Source: an uncultured Gemmatimonadales bacterium (GTDB taxonomy: Bacteria > Gemmatimonadota > Gemmatimonadetes > Gemmatimonadales > GWC2-71-9). Taken from it: DNA of 64,000 bases. Below, piece after piece: positions 26,191 to 36,071 of the stretch. Made by a program: the position numbers and the translations under genes. The stretch's first letter is position 1. Each line of letters opens with the position of its first letter. The notes beneath the pieces are model-generated. The model was not told the DNA's origin and did no database searches. It was given only the letters and a program-made list of their open reading frames with translations. The DNA is taken from the NCBI GenBank assembly GCA_963779755.1, contig CAVZZO010000001.1, positions 1,088,001 to 1,152,000 on the forward strand, given 5' to 3'.

Positions 26191-27984
26191 CTAAGTTTCG
26201 ATCCTCACCTCCTCCTCCCGGAACTGATGCTGGTACAGCCGGGCGTAGAGCCCGCCCGCCGCGAGCAGCTCGCCATGGCTCCCTTCCTCCACGATCTGCC
26301 CCCGGTTCAGCACCACCAGCCGGTCGGCCCGGCGCACGGTGCTCAGCCGGTGGGCGATGATAAACGTCGTGCGCCCCACCAGCAGCTGCTCCAGCGCGTC
26401 CTCGATCAGCCGCTCGCTCTCGCTGTCCAGGCTGCTGGTGGCCTCGTCCAGGATCAGGATCCGCGGATCCTTGAGCACGGCCCGCGCGATGGCGATGCGC
26501 TGCCGCTGGCCCCCGGAGAGCTTGACCCCCCGTTCCCCCACGACGGTGTCGTAGCCGGTGGGAAAGAGCGAGACGAACTCGTGAGCATGGGCGGCGCGGG
26601 CCGCCTGCTTCACCTCCTCCAGCGAGGCGTCGGGGCGGGAATAGGCAATGTTCTCCCGCACCGTTCCGCTGAAGAGCGCCGGCTCCTGGGGCACGATGCC
26701 GATGGCGCCCCGGAGGTCGGCCAGGCGGAGCCGGCGAAGATCTTCGCCGTCCAGCCGGATGGCGCCCGCCGTGACGTCCCAGAACCGGGGGATGAGCGAC
26801 ACCAGGGTGGTCTTCCCCGCGCCGGAGGGGCCCACCAGGGCCACGATTTCCCCGGGCCGGACGTCCAGCCGGATGTCCTGGAGAATCCAGGGCAGCTCCG
26901 GATCGTCCTGATAACGAAAGCTCACCTGCTCGAAGGCCACCCGCCCCCGCACCGGGCGCGGCAGCGCCGCGGGGTGAGGCGGATCGGCGATGGGGCTGGT
27001 GCTTTCCAGGATCTCGAAGACCCGGCGGGCGGCGCCCATGGACTCCTGGAAGCTGCTGAAGAAGTTGGCCAACGCCCCCACCGCGGCGGCGATAGTGACG
27101 GTATAGAGGAGAAAGGCCACCAGCGTGCCGGCGGTCAGCTCGCCGTCCAGCACCAGCCGGCCCCCCTGCCACAGCACCACCACGATGCCGCTGAAGGTGG
27201 CAAAGGTGATGACCCCGAAGAAGATGCCCCGCACGTGCGCCCGCCGCAGCGCGATCCGCACCACGTCGGCAACCCGCTGGTCGTAGCGCCGGCGCTCCTC
27301 GGGCTCCTGCACGAAGCTCTGCACCGTGCGGATCTGGCTGAATGCCTCCTCCGCCAGCGCGGTGGCATTGGCCACCCGGTCCTGCACCCCCGTGCTGATG
27401 TGCCGCAGCCGCCGCCCGAAGACGATGGCGCTGAAGACCACAAACGGCACCACGATGAGCGCCGTCAGGACCAGTCGCGGTTGCATCCAGGTGAGGATCA
27501 CCACCCCGCCGAGCAGCGCCAGCACCTGGCGGGAAAACTCGGCGATCTGGTGGCTCATCGTCCCCTGCAGCAGGCCGATGTCGGTCGTCAGGCGGCTGGT
27601 CAGCTCGCCGGTACGGCGCTCGGCGAAGAAGCCCGGCGGCATGTCCAGCAGCTTGCCAAACAACTCGCCCCGGAGGCCCGCCACCGCCCGCTCGCCCACC
27701 GCGCTCAGCAGATAGGTCTGGACGTAATTGAGCAGCGCCTGGATGGCGAAGAGAACGATGAGCCCCAGGGCGATGCGGTTGAGCAGGGGCCGCCCCCCGG
27801 CCACGAAGGCGGCGTCCAGCAGCCGGCCCACTATCAGGGGAAACGCCAGCCCGATGGCCGCGCTTCCCAGCAGCGCCAGGGCGGCCAGCGCCAGCTGGCC
27901 GGCCCAGGGCCGGACCCGGGGCCAGAGACGCTGCAGCTCGCGGGGAGAGGGAAGACGGAACGACGGCCGCGCGGTGGTCGCCAT
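26191..27984 (-). CDS. ABC exporter, fused TMD-NBD (MsbA/ABCB-like)
   Basis: Six-TM N-terminus, GPSGAGKT, LSGGQRQR, ILDEATSSLD, IAHRLST. Confidence 0.93.
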   Translation of the reverse strand: MATTARPSFRLPSPRELQRLWPRVRPWAGQLALAALALLGSAAIGLAFPLIVGRLLDAAFVAGGRPLLNRIALGLIVLFAIQALLNYVQTYLLSAVGERAVAGLRGELFGKLLDMPPGFFAERRTGELTSRLTTDIGLLQGTMSHQIAEFSRQVLALLGGVVILTWMQPRLVLTALIVVPFVVFSAIVFGRRLRHISTGVQDRVANATALAEEAFSQIRTVQSFVQEPEERRRYDQRVADVVRIALRRAHVRGIFFGVITFATFSGIVVVLWQGGRLVLDGELTAGTLVAFLLYTVTIAAAVGALANFFSSFQESMGAARRVFEILESTSPIADPPHPAALPRPVRGRVAFEQVSFRYQDDPELPWILQDIRLDVRPGEIVALVGPSGAGKTTLVSLIPRFWDVTAGAIRLDGEDLRRLRLADLRGAIGIVPQEPALFSGTVRENIAYSRPDASLEEVKQAARAAHAHEFVSLFPTGYDTVVGERGVKLSGGQRQRIAIARAVLKDPRILILDEATSSLDSESERLIEDALEQLLVGRTTFIIAHRLSTVRRADRLVVLNRGQIVEEGSHGELLAAGGLYARLYQHQFREEEVRIET

Positions 27985-28000
27985 ACTCAGCCGGCGATCA

Positions 28001-29965
28001 CTAGGGGTGCGCCGCCTCGGTGGTGACAGCCGGAGGAGGGGGAGCCGGAGCCTTCTGCAGGACCATCACGTCGGCCGGGCGGAACGGGTTGGCCGAGGGA
28101 ATGACCCGGTCCACCCCCATGGCGATGAAGAGCAGGAAGAGGTAGAGCAGGGAGAACTTGTACATCTTCCAGGCGGTGGGCCCGACCGTGTTCTCCCGCA
28201 GCAGCTTGATGCAGTACCACAGCAGCCGGGCGCCCAGCAGAATGGCCGCCACCAGGTAGACCAGGCCCAGGGTCCCGGAGAACCAGGGGAGCAGGGTGAG
28301 CGGCACCAGCATGATGGTATAGCCCAGCATCTGCACCTTGGTATGGTGGGTCCCCCGGACCACCGGCATCATGGGAACGCCGGCGTTGGCGTACTCGCCT
28401 CGCTTGAGCAGCGCCAGGGCCCAGAAATGCGGCGGCGTCCAGTAGAAGATGATGGCGAAGAGGTAGATGGCCGCCAGGTCCAGGTGGCCGGTCACCGCGG
28501 TCCATCCCACCAGCGGCGGGAAGGCGCCGGCGGCGCCCCCGATGACGATGTTCTGCGGGGTGGACCGCTTCAGCCAGACGGTGTAGACCAGGACGTAGAA
28601 CGCCAGCCCCGCCAGCGCCAGCCACGCGCTGAGCGGGTTGGCGAAGTGCCAGAAGATGGCGAACGCCACCGCGCCCAGGCTCATCCCGTAGAGCAGCACG
28701 AACCTCGGGCGCATGCGCCCCGAGGGGAGCGGCCGCTTCCGGGTGCGGACCATCCGGTCGTCCAGGTCGCGGTCGAACCACATGTTGATGGCGTTGGCCC
28801 CCCCAGCCATCAGGTAGCCGCCCACGATCACCCAGAACACCAGCCCGGCGCCCGGCACGCCCTGGCCGGTGATGAACATCGGTGCGATGGTCGTGACCAG
28901 GAGCAGGCTGATGATGCGGGGCTTGGTCAGGGCCACCAGGTCGGAGGCCAGCGAGGGGCGGCGTCCGGTGGGGGCTCCCTCGGGGGCATCCACCGGAACC
29001 GGACGCGGCGTCCGGTTGGACCGGTAGGCCAGGAACACCAGCGAGGCCCAGACGGCCGTGCCGGCCAGCAGGTGCAGGGCCCGGAGCGAGGGCGGGAAGA
29101 TGGACAGGACCATGGCCGCCGCCACGCAGATCTGGGCCAGCGTCACCAGCAGGGCCAGCCAGGCCGCCCGCCGCAGCGGGAGGGAGGCGGCGTCGTCGCG
29201 CCGGTGCAGCCGGCCCACCACGGCCACCATGAGGCCGAGGAAGGTGAAGGCCGCCAGCCGGTGGGTCCAGTGTACCTCGGCATACCAGTTGGGGGGCGGC
29301 AACAGCTTGCCGCTGCAGAGCGGGAAGCCCAGGCAGAAGGGTCCCGCATGGTAATTGGCCACCAGGGCGCCCAGCAGCACCACGCAGAAGCCCAGGACGG
29401 CCGCGGCCACGACCAGCCTATGGGTGCCGTGCCCGTCTCCCCGCGGGATGGCGGGGAGGCCGTCGCCGGAGCGCAGCGCCGCGACCATCAGAACCGCCAG
29501 CAGCAGCATGGCGTTCCCCAGATGGGCAATGATCACTTCGGGCGGCAGCGAGAGCTTGACGGTGACGGCGCCCAGGAGGACCTGGACGACCAGGAGCACC
29601 ACCGCCAGCGTAGCGGGGCGGCGCAGGTCGGGCCGCCCCGGCAGGCGGGTCCAGGCCACCAGGCCCACCAGGAAGACGAACAGGCTCACCAGGGCGGCGA
29701 CCCAGCGGTGGCTGATCTCGATGGCGGTGGGGAGGTCCAGGGGAGGGAACCACTGGCCGTTGCAGAGTGGCCAGTGCTCGCCGCACCCCAACCCGGAGCC
29801 GGTAATGCGGACCACCCCGCCCAGCACGATCAGGCCGAAGGCCAGAACGGCGGCGGTCCACGCAAGCCGGCGAAACAGCGTGGGACTGGTGGTACGGGGG
29901 CTCAAGAGATGACTCCGGGGCACGATGATCAGGCTGGGCAGGCGGGCAGGGGGGCCGCCGCCCAT
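28001..29965 (-). CDS. ctaB: Fused heme A synthase (CtaA/COX15) and heme O synthase (CtaB/CyoE)
   Basis: N-terminal [29 protein letters not shown]-terminal [43 protein letters not shown]; start uncertain (TTG 29905 possible). Confidence 0.9.
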   Translation of the reverse strand: MGGGPPARLPSLIIVPRSHLLSPRTTSPTLFRRLAWTAAVLAFGLIVLGGVVRITGSGLGCGEHWPLCNGQWFPPLDLPTAIEISHRWVAALVSLFVFLVGLVAWTRLPGRPDLRRPATLAVVLLVVQVLLGAVTVKLSLPPEVIIAHLGNAMLLLAVLMVAALRSGDGLPAIPRGDGHGTHRLVVAAAVLGFCVVLLGALVANYHAGPFCLGFPLCSGKLLPPPNWYAEVHWTHRLAAFTFLGLMVAVVGRLHRRDDAASLPLRRAAWLALLVTLAQICVAAAMVLSIFPPSLRALHLLAGTAVWASLVFLAYRSNRTPRPVPVDAPEGAPTGRRPSLASDLVALTKPRIISLLLVTTIAPMFITGQGVPGAGLVFWVIVGGYLMAGGANAINMWFDRDLDDRMVRTRKRPLPSGRMRPRFVLLYGMSLGAVAFAIFWHFANPLSAWLALAGLAFYVLVYTVWLKRSTPQNIVIGGAAGAFPPLVGWTAVTGHLDLAAIYLFAIIFYWTPPHFWALALLKRGEYANAGVPMMPVVRGTHHTKVQMLGYTIMLVPLTLLPWFSGTLGLVYLVAAILLGARLLWYCIKLLRENTVGPTAWKMYKFSLLYLFLLFIAMGVDRVIPSANPFRPADVMVLQKAPAPPPPAVTTEAAHP

Positions 29966-30074
29966 AAAGAAAACAACAAGCTCGCCTCAGCACAAATGTT
30001 ACAGTTGCTCCCCGGGCCCGGGGAGGCCAATTTAACCCTTCCTGGCACCCCTTCCCTTCACCCCCGGGCATTCC

Positions 30075-31430
30075 ATGGATACACCCGCGGCCCCCGACCG
30101 CTGGGGCGAGCGGCTGCCCCGCCATCTCGGGCTCTGGAGCGCCGTTGCCGTCATCGTGGGCTCCACCATCGGGAGCGGCATCTTCCGCGTCCCCGCAGTG
30201 GTGGCGGCCACCCTGGAGTCGCCCGGGCCGGTCCTGCTGGGCTGGGTCCTGGGCGGGGTGGTGGCGCTGTTCGGGGCCCTTACCCTGGCGGAGCTGGCCG
30301 GGGCCATTCCCCGTTCCGGCGGGGTGTTTACCTATATCCTCGAGGCCTTCGGGCCCCTGCCGGCCTTTCTCTTCGGCTGGACCGAGCTGGCGGTGGTTCG
30401 GGCCTCGGCCCTGGGGGCGATCGCGACCCTCTTCGCCGAGTACCTGGGTTATTTCGCCCACCTGAGCCCGGCGCAGATCCACTATTTCGCCGCCGGGGCG
30501 GTGGTGCTGGTGGGCCTGTTCAACTATGTGGGCGTGAATTACGCCGCCGTGGTGATGAACCTGATCACCGTGGCCAAGTACCTCTCTCTCGCGGCGCTCG
30601 CGGTGCTCGCCTTTGCGGTGGGCAACGGAAGCGCCGCCAACTTCAGCCCCATGGTGCCCTCGGCGCTCAACCTGTCGGCCCTGGCCACGGCGCTGATCCC
30701 CATCATGTGGACCTACGACGGCTGGGGCGATCTGTCGTTCATGGCGGGCGAGGTCAAAGACCCGGGGCGCAACATGCCTCTGGCGCTGATTACCGGCACG
30801 TCGCTCATCATTGCGGTCTACCTGCTCCTCAACCTGGCCTATATCTACCTGGTGCCGCTGCCCCAGATGGCCCAGTCGCCGCTCATCGCCACCACGGCGG
30901 CGGAGCGGATCCCCCTGCTGGGGGCCCGGGGCGCGGCGGTGATCGCGGGCATCGTCATGCTGTCGGCCTTCGGATCGCTTACCGGCTCCATGATGACCGG
31001 CCCCCGGATCTTCTTCGCCATGGCCGACCGGGGGCTCTTTTTCCGCTTCGTCGCCCGGGTTTCGCCCCGGTTCAAGAGCCCCTCCACCGCCATCTGGCTG
31101 GCCACCCTCCTGGGCGTGCTCTACGTCCTGTTCAACAACTTCGCCCAGCTGGCCGACCGGTTCATTCTGGGGATCTGGCCCTTCTATGCCCTGGCCGTGG
31201 CGGCGGTGTTTGTGCTCCGGCGGACCCGGCCCGATCTCGAGCGGCCTTATCGGACATGGGGCTATCCCGTGGTCCCGCTGCTGTTTCTGCTGGCCTCGGT
31301 GGCCATGGTGGTGAACGCGCTGGTGACCAACACGAGGGACACTGCCGTTACACTGCTGATCACTCTGGCTGGTGTCCCGGTCTACTTCCTCTGGCGGCAT
31401 TTCCAGCCCGGCGGGGAAACGGACGGGTAA
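30075..31430 (+). CDS. APC family amino acid permease
   Basis: IGSGIF, AELAGAIPRSGG, YDGW, GEVKDPGRNMP, RPYRTWGYP. Confidence 0.93.
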   Translation: MDTPAAPDRWGERLPRHLGLWSAVAVIVGSTIGSGIFRVPAVVAATLESPGPVLLGWVLGGVVALFGALTLAELAGAIPRSGGVFTYILEAFGPLPAFLFGWTELAVVRASALGAIATLFAEYLGYFAHLSPAQIHYFAAGAVVLVGLFNYVGVNYAAVVMNLITVAKYLSLAALAVLAFAVGNGSAANFSPMVPSALNLSALATALIPIMWTYDGWGDLSFMAGEVKDPGRNMPLALITGTSLIIAVYLLLNLAYIYLVPLPQMAQSPLIATTAAERIPLLGARGAAVIAGIVMLSAFGSLTGSMMTGPRIFFAMADRGLFFRFVARVSPRFKSPSTAIWLATLLGVLYVLFNNFAQLADRFILGIWPFYALAVAAVFVLRRTRPDLERPYRTWGYPVVPLLFLLASVAMVVNALVTNTRDTAVTLLITLAGVPVYFLWRHFQPGGETDG

Positions 31431-31447
31431 CCGGGGAGTCATGCTGC

Positions 31448-31475
31448 TTGACGGCGGCGCCCCGGGCGGTATTTT
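31448..31475 (+). promoter_or_regulatory. Putative sigma70 promoter
   Basis: TTGACG-16 nt-TATTTT, about 195 nt upstream of the TonB receptor start. Confidence 0.4.
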
Positions 31476-31669
31476 GCCCGCGGCAGGCGCACTTGGCCGC
31501 AGGATTGCCTGCCACCCGCCCGGGGGCCTTACCGGGCACCAGCCCTACAAGATGTAGCTACGATGCTGCCAGACGGCTCGTCGTACCAGATCCAGCAGCT
31601 GGTGGTTCCTGTCCGGGGGCGCCGCGCGTGCGTTCCCGGCCCATCCGGAGTCCGTACCAGGAGCAAATC

Positions 31670-34600
31670 ATGATGCAAAGGTATCGTCGGTTGATCCCGG
31701 CGGCGGTGGGCGCACTGGCGCTCGCGTTGCTGGCGGGGCCGGTGTTCGCGCAGGGCGTAACGACCGCCGCCGTTCAGGGAACGGTGCTTTCGAGCAACGA
31801 CAGCACCGCGCTGGACGGCGCGGTCATCACCGTGACCAACACCTCCACCGGGGCGCGGTTCCAGGCCACGACGCGCACCAACGGGCGCTACGTACTGGAG
31901 AACCTGCCGATCGGGGGCCCCTATACGCTGGAGGCGCGGTCGATCGGCTTCGAGCCGGGCCGGAAGACGGGTCTGATGCTGAGCCTGGGCCAGCGCTACA
32001 GCGAGGATTTCGTGCTGGCGCCCTCGGTGGTGCAGCTGGAGGAACTGAGCGTCTCGGCCAATATCGACCCCCTGATCAACAAGGGCCGTACCGGTCCGGC
32101 CAACGTGATCTCCGACTCGGCCATTCAGCGCCTGCCGCTGGTGGGCCGGAACTTCACCGATCTGATTGCCATCACCCCGCTGGCGGTGAACGGGGTGGGG
32201 AGCGGCGGCCCGTCGGTGGGCGGCCAGAACAACCGGTTCAACAACATCCAGATCGACGGCGGCGTCAATAACGACCTGTTCGGCCTGGCGGCGAGCGGCG
32301 TGCCCGGCGGGCAGGCCGGCGCCAAGGCCATCTCGGTGGACGCGGTGCAGGAGTTCCAGGTGCTGGTGGCGCCCTTCGACGTGCGCCAGGGCAGCTTCAC
32401 CGGCGGTCTGGTCAATGCCGTGACCAAGTCGGGCACCAACCGGCTCCACGGGTCGCTCTACGGCTACCTGCTGGGCGACAAGGAGCTGGGGGTCGATTTC
32501 ATCGGGACCGACAGCCTGGGCAACAAGGTGGGCTCGCTGACGCAGGAACAGGCGGGCTTCACGCTGGGCGGCCCCATTATCCAGGACAAGCTGCATTTCT
32601 TCGTGAACGGCGAGCTGCAGAAGAAGGATGCGCCCTTCCAGGGCGAGGTGGCGGGCGAAAACAACGTCGTCTCCCAGGGGTTCGCCCAGCAGGTGCAGGA
32701 CGTGGTCAAGAACACGTATGGCTTCGACCCCGGCGGCTGGCAGGCGCCCACGCTGAGCAACCCGCAGCAGAACATCTTCGCCAAGCTCAACTGGCAGCTC
32801 GGGACCAACAATCAGATCGAGCTGTCGCATAACTTCGTCCACGCGAGCGACGACAACCTGATCCGCAACAGCCGCAGCGGCGCCACCAACTTCCGCGACG
32901 GCTACCAGCTGTCCAACAGCGGCTATCCGTTCAATTCCCACACCTATACCACCCGGGGGAAATGGACCGCGGTCTTCGCCGACCGGTACTCCAACGAGCT
33001 GCTGGTGGGCTATTCCGCCATCCGGGAGAAGCGGGACATTGCCAACATCGTGCCCCTGATCCTGGTGACCGACACGACCACCGGCCTCACCGTGGCCGCC
33101 GGTTCGGACCGGTTCAGCCAGGCCAACTCGCTGGACCAGGACATCGTCGAGCTGACCGACAACCTGACCTTCGGGCTGGGCGCGCACCGCATCACGGTGG
33201 GCACGCACAACGAGTTCTTCAAGTTCCACAACGTCTTCTTCCCCGCCTCGCTGGGCGTATGGAACTTCAACAGCATTGCCGACCTGCAGGCCGGCACGGC
33301 CAGCCGGTACGAGATCGCCCTGCCGGGCGCCACCCGTCCCGACGGCCCCGTGGCCGATTTCAAGGTCCGGCAGTACGGGGTGTATGTGCAGGACCAGTTC
33401 GTGCCGGTGGAGAATCTGACGGTCACGGCGGGCCTGCGGCTGGACGACCCGACCTTCCCCACCACGCCGGCGAGCAACTCCCAGCTGCAGACGGACCTGG
33501 GGATCAACACCGGCAACTTCCCCAGCGGCAACATTCTCTGGTCGCCGCGGCTGGGCCTGAACTATGACGTGAACGGCGCGGGGCAGACCGTGCTGCGCGG
33601 GGGCGTCGGCGTCTTCAGCGGCCGGCCTCCCTACGTGTGGGTGTCCAACGCCTTCACCAACACCGGGCTGGAGCAGCAGAACCTGGTATGCAGCGGCGCG
33701 GGCCAGGTGCCCACCTTCACCCAGCAGTACGTGACCGATCCGGCCGGCTCGCCCACGACCTGCGCGGGTGGCGGCGGCGCGGTGGCGCCGATCCCGACGA
33801 TCAACTACTTCGATCCGTCGTTCAAGTGGCCGCAGAACCTGAAGGTCTCCCTGGGCGTCGATCAGCGGCTGCCCTGGGGGATGGTCGGCACGGTGGACCT
33901 GCTGCGCACCACCGGCCTCAACTCCTTCTACCTGACGGACGTGAATGTGGTGGAGCAGGGGCGGAACGCGGAAGGCCGGATGCTCTACGGGACCGCCAGC
34001 CCCTCCCGGCTCAATACGGTGAAGGTGACCAACAACTTCCGCCAGGTCATCCTGCACAAGAACAAGAGCGGCGACTTCAGCGACGCCGTGAGCCTGCAGC
34101 TGCAGAAGCGGTTCAGCGACGGCCTGGCGTTCAACGCGTCGTATACCTGGTCTACCACGCGGGACTACATGTCCATGACGTCCAGCATCGCCAGCAGCAA
34201 CCTGAACTTCTCGGTGCTGGACGGCACGCTGGATAGCCGGATCCGCCGGCGGTCGCAGTTCGACATTCCGCACAGCATCGCGGTGAGCGGAACCGTCAAC
34301 CTGCCCTACAAGTTCAACCTGGGCGTGTTCTGGAACAGCCGGTCGGGCAACCCGTTCACCTACGTGATTCAGGGCGACGCCAACGGCGACGGGATCAGCT
34401 CCAACGACATCGTCTACGTTCCGCGCGACCAGAACGACATCTCGCTGCAGAACCCGGCGGCCTGGGATACGCTGAACGCCTATATCAACAGCGAGCGGTG
34501 CCTCCGCGACGCCAAGGGCCACGTCCTGCCGCGGAACACCTGCCGGAACTCGTGGGCCAGCTTCGTGAGCGCGCGGCTCACCAAGTACTTCACGACCTTC

Positions 34601-34843
34601 AACGGCCAGTCCATCGAAATCACGGCCGACATGTTCAACGTCCTCAACTTCCTGGACAGCAACTGGGGCGTGCCGCGGCAGACTTCGGCGTTCGAGGGCC
34701 AGACGCTGCTGCGTATGACCGGGTACGATCTGGCGAACGACCGCCCGATCTACACTCTGGCGCTTCCCATCCGGGACAAGATCGTCACCGCCGGCAACGC
34801 CAACCGCTGGCGGCTGCAGCTGGGCGCGAAGTACCGCTTCTAG
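31670..34843 (+). CDS. TonB-dependent receptor (Oar-like)
   Basis: Signal peptide VFA|Q; GQNNRFNNIQIDGGVNNDLFG, PFDVRQGSFTGG, TKSGTN, QLGAKYRF. The ORF-track start at 27728 is an artefactual extension. Confidence 0.93.
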   Translation: MMQRYRRLIPAAVGALALALLAGPVFAQGVTTAAVQGTVLSSNDSTALDGAVITVTNTSTGARFQATTRTNGRYVLENLPIGGPYTLEARSIGFEPGRKTGLMLSLGQRYSEDFVLAPSVVQLEELSVSANIDPLINKGRTGPANVISDSAIQRLPLVGRNFTDLIAITPLAVNGVGSGGPSVGGQNNRFNNIQIDGGVNNDLFGLAASGVPGGQAGAKAISVDAVQEFQVLVAPFDVRQGSFTGGLVNAVTKSGTNRLHGSLYGYLLGDKELGVDFIGTDSLGNKVGSLTQEQAGFTLGGPIIQDKLHFFVNGELQKKDAPFQGEVAGENNVVSQGFAQQVQDVVKNTYGFDPGGWQAPTLSNPQQNIFAKLNWQLGTNNQIELSHNFVHASDDNLIRNSRSGATNFRDGYQLSNSGYPFNSHTYTTRGKWTAVFADRYSNELLVGYSAIREKRDIANIVPLILVTDTTTGLTVAAGSDRFSQANSLDQDIVELTDNLTFGLGAHRITVGTHNEFFKFHNVFFPASLGVWNFNSIADLQAGTASRYEIALPGATRPDGPVADFKVRQYGVYVQDQFVPVENLTVTAGLRLDDPTFPTTPASNSQLQTDLGINTGNFPSGNILWSPRLGLNYDVNGAGQTVLRGGVGVFSGRPPYVWVSNAFTNTGLEQQNLVCSGAGQVPTFTQQYVTDPAGSPTTCAGGGGAVAPIPTINYFDPSFKWPQNLKVSLGVDQRLPWGMVGTVDLLRTTGLNSFYLTDVNVVEQGRNAEGRMLYGTASPSRLNTVKVTNNFRQVILHKNKSGDFSDAVSLQLQKRFSDGLAFNASYTWSTTRDYMSMTSSIASSNLNFSVLDGTLDSRIRRRSQFDIPHSIAVSGTVNLPYKFNLGVFWNSRSGNPFTYVIQGDANGDGISSNDIVYVPRDQNDISLQNPAAWDTLNAYINSERCLRDAKGHVLPRNTCRNSWASFVSARLTKYFTTFNGQSIEITADMFNVLNFLDSNWGVPRQTSAFEGQTLLRMTGYDLANDRPIYTLALPIRDKIVTAGNANRWRLQLGAKYRF

Positions 34844-34861
34844 GCCTGCAGGCTCCGGTCT

Positions 34862-34899
34862 TTCCACGGGCTCCGGCGCATGCGTCGGGGCCCGTGGAA
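34862..34899. terminator. Stem-loop between convergent genes
   Basis: TTCCACGGG...CCCGTGGAA. Confidence 0.55.
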
Positions 34900-34904
34900 C
34901 TTCA

Positions 34905-34993
34905 GGGATGGGACAAGGGACAGGGGGACAAGGGAGAAGCAACCGGTCCGCTGTCCCTTGTCCCCTGTCCCTTGTCCCCTGTCCCCTGTCCCT
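34905..34993. repeat. Inverted heptamer arrays (GGGACAR)n / (YTGTCCC)n
   Basis: gggacaagggacagggggacaaggg ... ctgtcccttgtcccctgtcccttgtcccctgtcccctgtccc. Confidence 0.85.
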
Positions 34994-36071
34994 ACGTCTG
35001 CACCTTCCGCAGCAGCACCAGCGCGGTGAGCAGGAAGAAGATGTTCGGAATCCAGGCGGAGAGGGTGGGGTAGAATCCGCTGGCGCCCACCGCCTTGGTG
35101 ATCTGGATCATCATCAGGTAGATCACCGTGGTGGCCAGGCTGATGGCGATGCCGAGGGCCGTTCCCGCCCGGGGAGAGCTCACCGCCATCGGCGCGCCGA
35201 AGAGCGCAATGATCAGGCAGGTGGCGGGCAGGGCCAGCTTGAGCGCCTGCTCCACGATCAGCTTGTTGGCGTCGTTCCCCGACCGCCGCAGCGCGTCGAT
35301 GTAGCGCCCCAGTTCGGCGTAGCGCATCTCATCCGGGGCCTTGGGCTCGATCAGCAGCTCGCCGGGCGACTGGCTCAGCACCGGCAGCTGCATCCGCTTG
35401 AATCGGACCGTGTATTCGTGATCGGCGTCGGCGATGAACCGGCTGGCGCCGCTGTAGAGCGTCCAGGTGCCGCCGGTCGAGTCCCAGAGGGCGCTGTCGG
35501 CCATGACCGCCAGGTTGGGATACTCCGGGCTGCCGCCCTGCCGCTCCAGCACCAGGTTGCGCATCAGCCGCTTGTTGCGGTCCAGCACTCCCACGGTATA
35601 GATCCACCCCGCCTCCGCCCGGTACACGAAATTGAACCGCTGCACCGCCGAGCGCTGCTCGTCCGGGTTCTGGATGGCGTGCATCCGGGCGCTGGAGCCC
35701 GGCGCCAGTTCGCCTACCACCACCGCCAGCCCGGTGGCGCAGAGCGCGGCCAGAAACACCGGCAGCATGAGCCGGTAGAAGCTCTGCCCCCCGGCCTTGG
35801 CTGCGGTGATCTCCGAGTGCCGGTTGAGGTTGCCCACGGTGAACACGGTCGCGAACAGCACCGACGCCGGCATGACGATGAAGACGTTCTCGGGAATGGA
35901 GTAGAAGTAGCTGATGGCGATCTGCTTCGCGCTCAGGCCGATAGCCAGCCACTTGTCGAGGAAGTCGATCAGGTTGATCAGAATGCTGACCAGCGGAAAG
36001 CCCAGCGCCGTAATGATGAAGATCCTGACCCAGCTCTTGAGGACGTAGCGGTCGAGGGTGCGGGGGATCAT
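34992..36071 (-). CDS. lptG: LPS export permease LptG-like
   Basis: LDRYVLK, HSEITAAKAGGQS, PDEMRYAEL, AWIPNIFF. Confidence 0.85.
   Translation of the reverse strand: MIPRTLDRYVLKSWVRIFIITALGFPLVSILINLIDFLDKWLAIGLSAKQIAISYFYSIPENVFIVMPASVLFATVFTVGNLNRHSEITAAKAGGQSFYRLMLPVFLAALCATGLAVVVGELAPGSSARMHAIQNPDEQRSAVQRFNFVYRAEAGWIYTVGVLDRNKRLMRNLVLERQGGSPEYPNLAVMADSALWDSTGGTWTLYSGASRFIADADHEYTVRFKRMQLPVLSQSPGELLIEPKAPDEMRYAELGRYIDALRRSGNDANKLIVEQALKLALPATCLIIALFGAPMAVSSPRAGTALGIAISLATTVIYLMMIQITKAVGASGFYPTLSAWIPNIFFLLTALVLLRKVQT

Noticed and set aside
27728..31669. Apparent 2371-aa giant ORF
   Set aside because: The upstream 1300 codons overlap ctaAB (antisense) and the permease (out of frame); the real TonB receptor starts at 31670 with an SD and a signal peptide.
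31476..31669. Leader of the second TonB receptor as a cobalamin or TPP riboswitch
   Set aside because: GC-rich hairpins are possible, but no B12 box or TPP consensus could be identified by eye.
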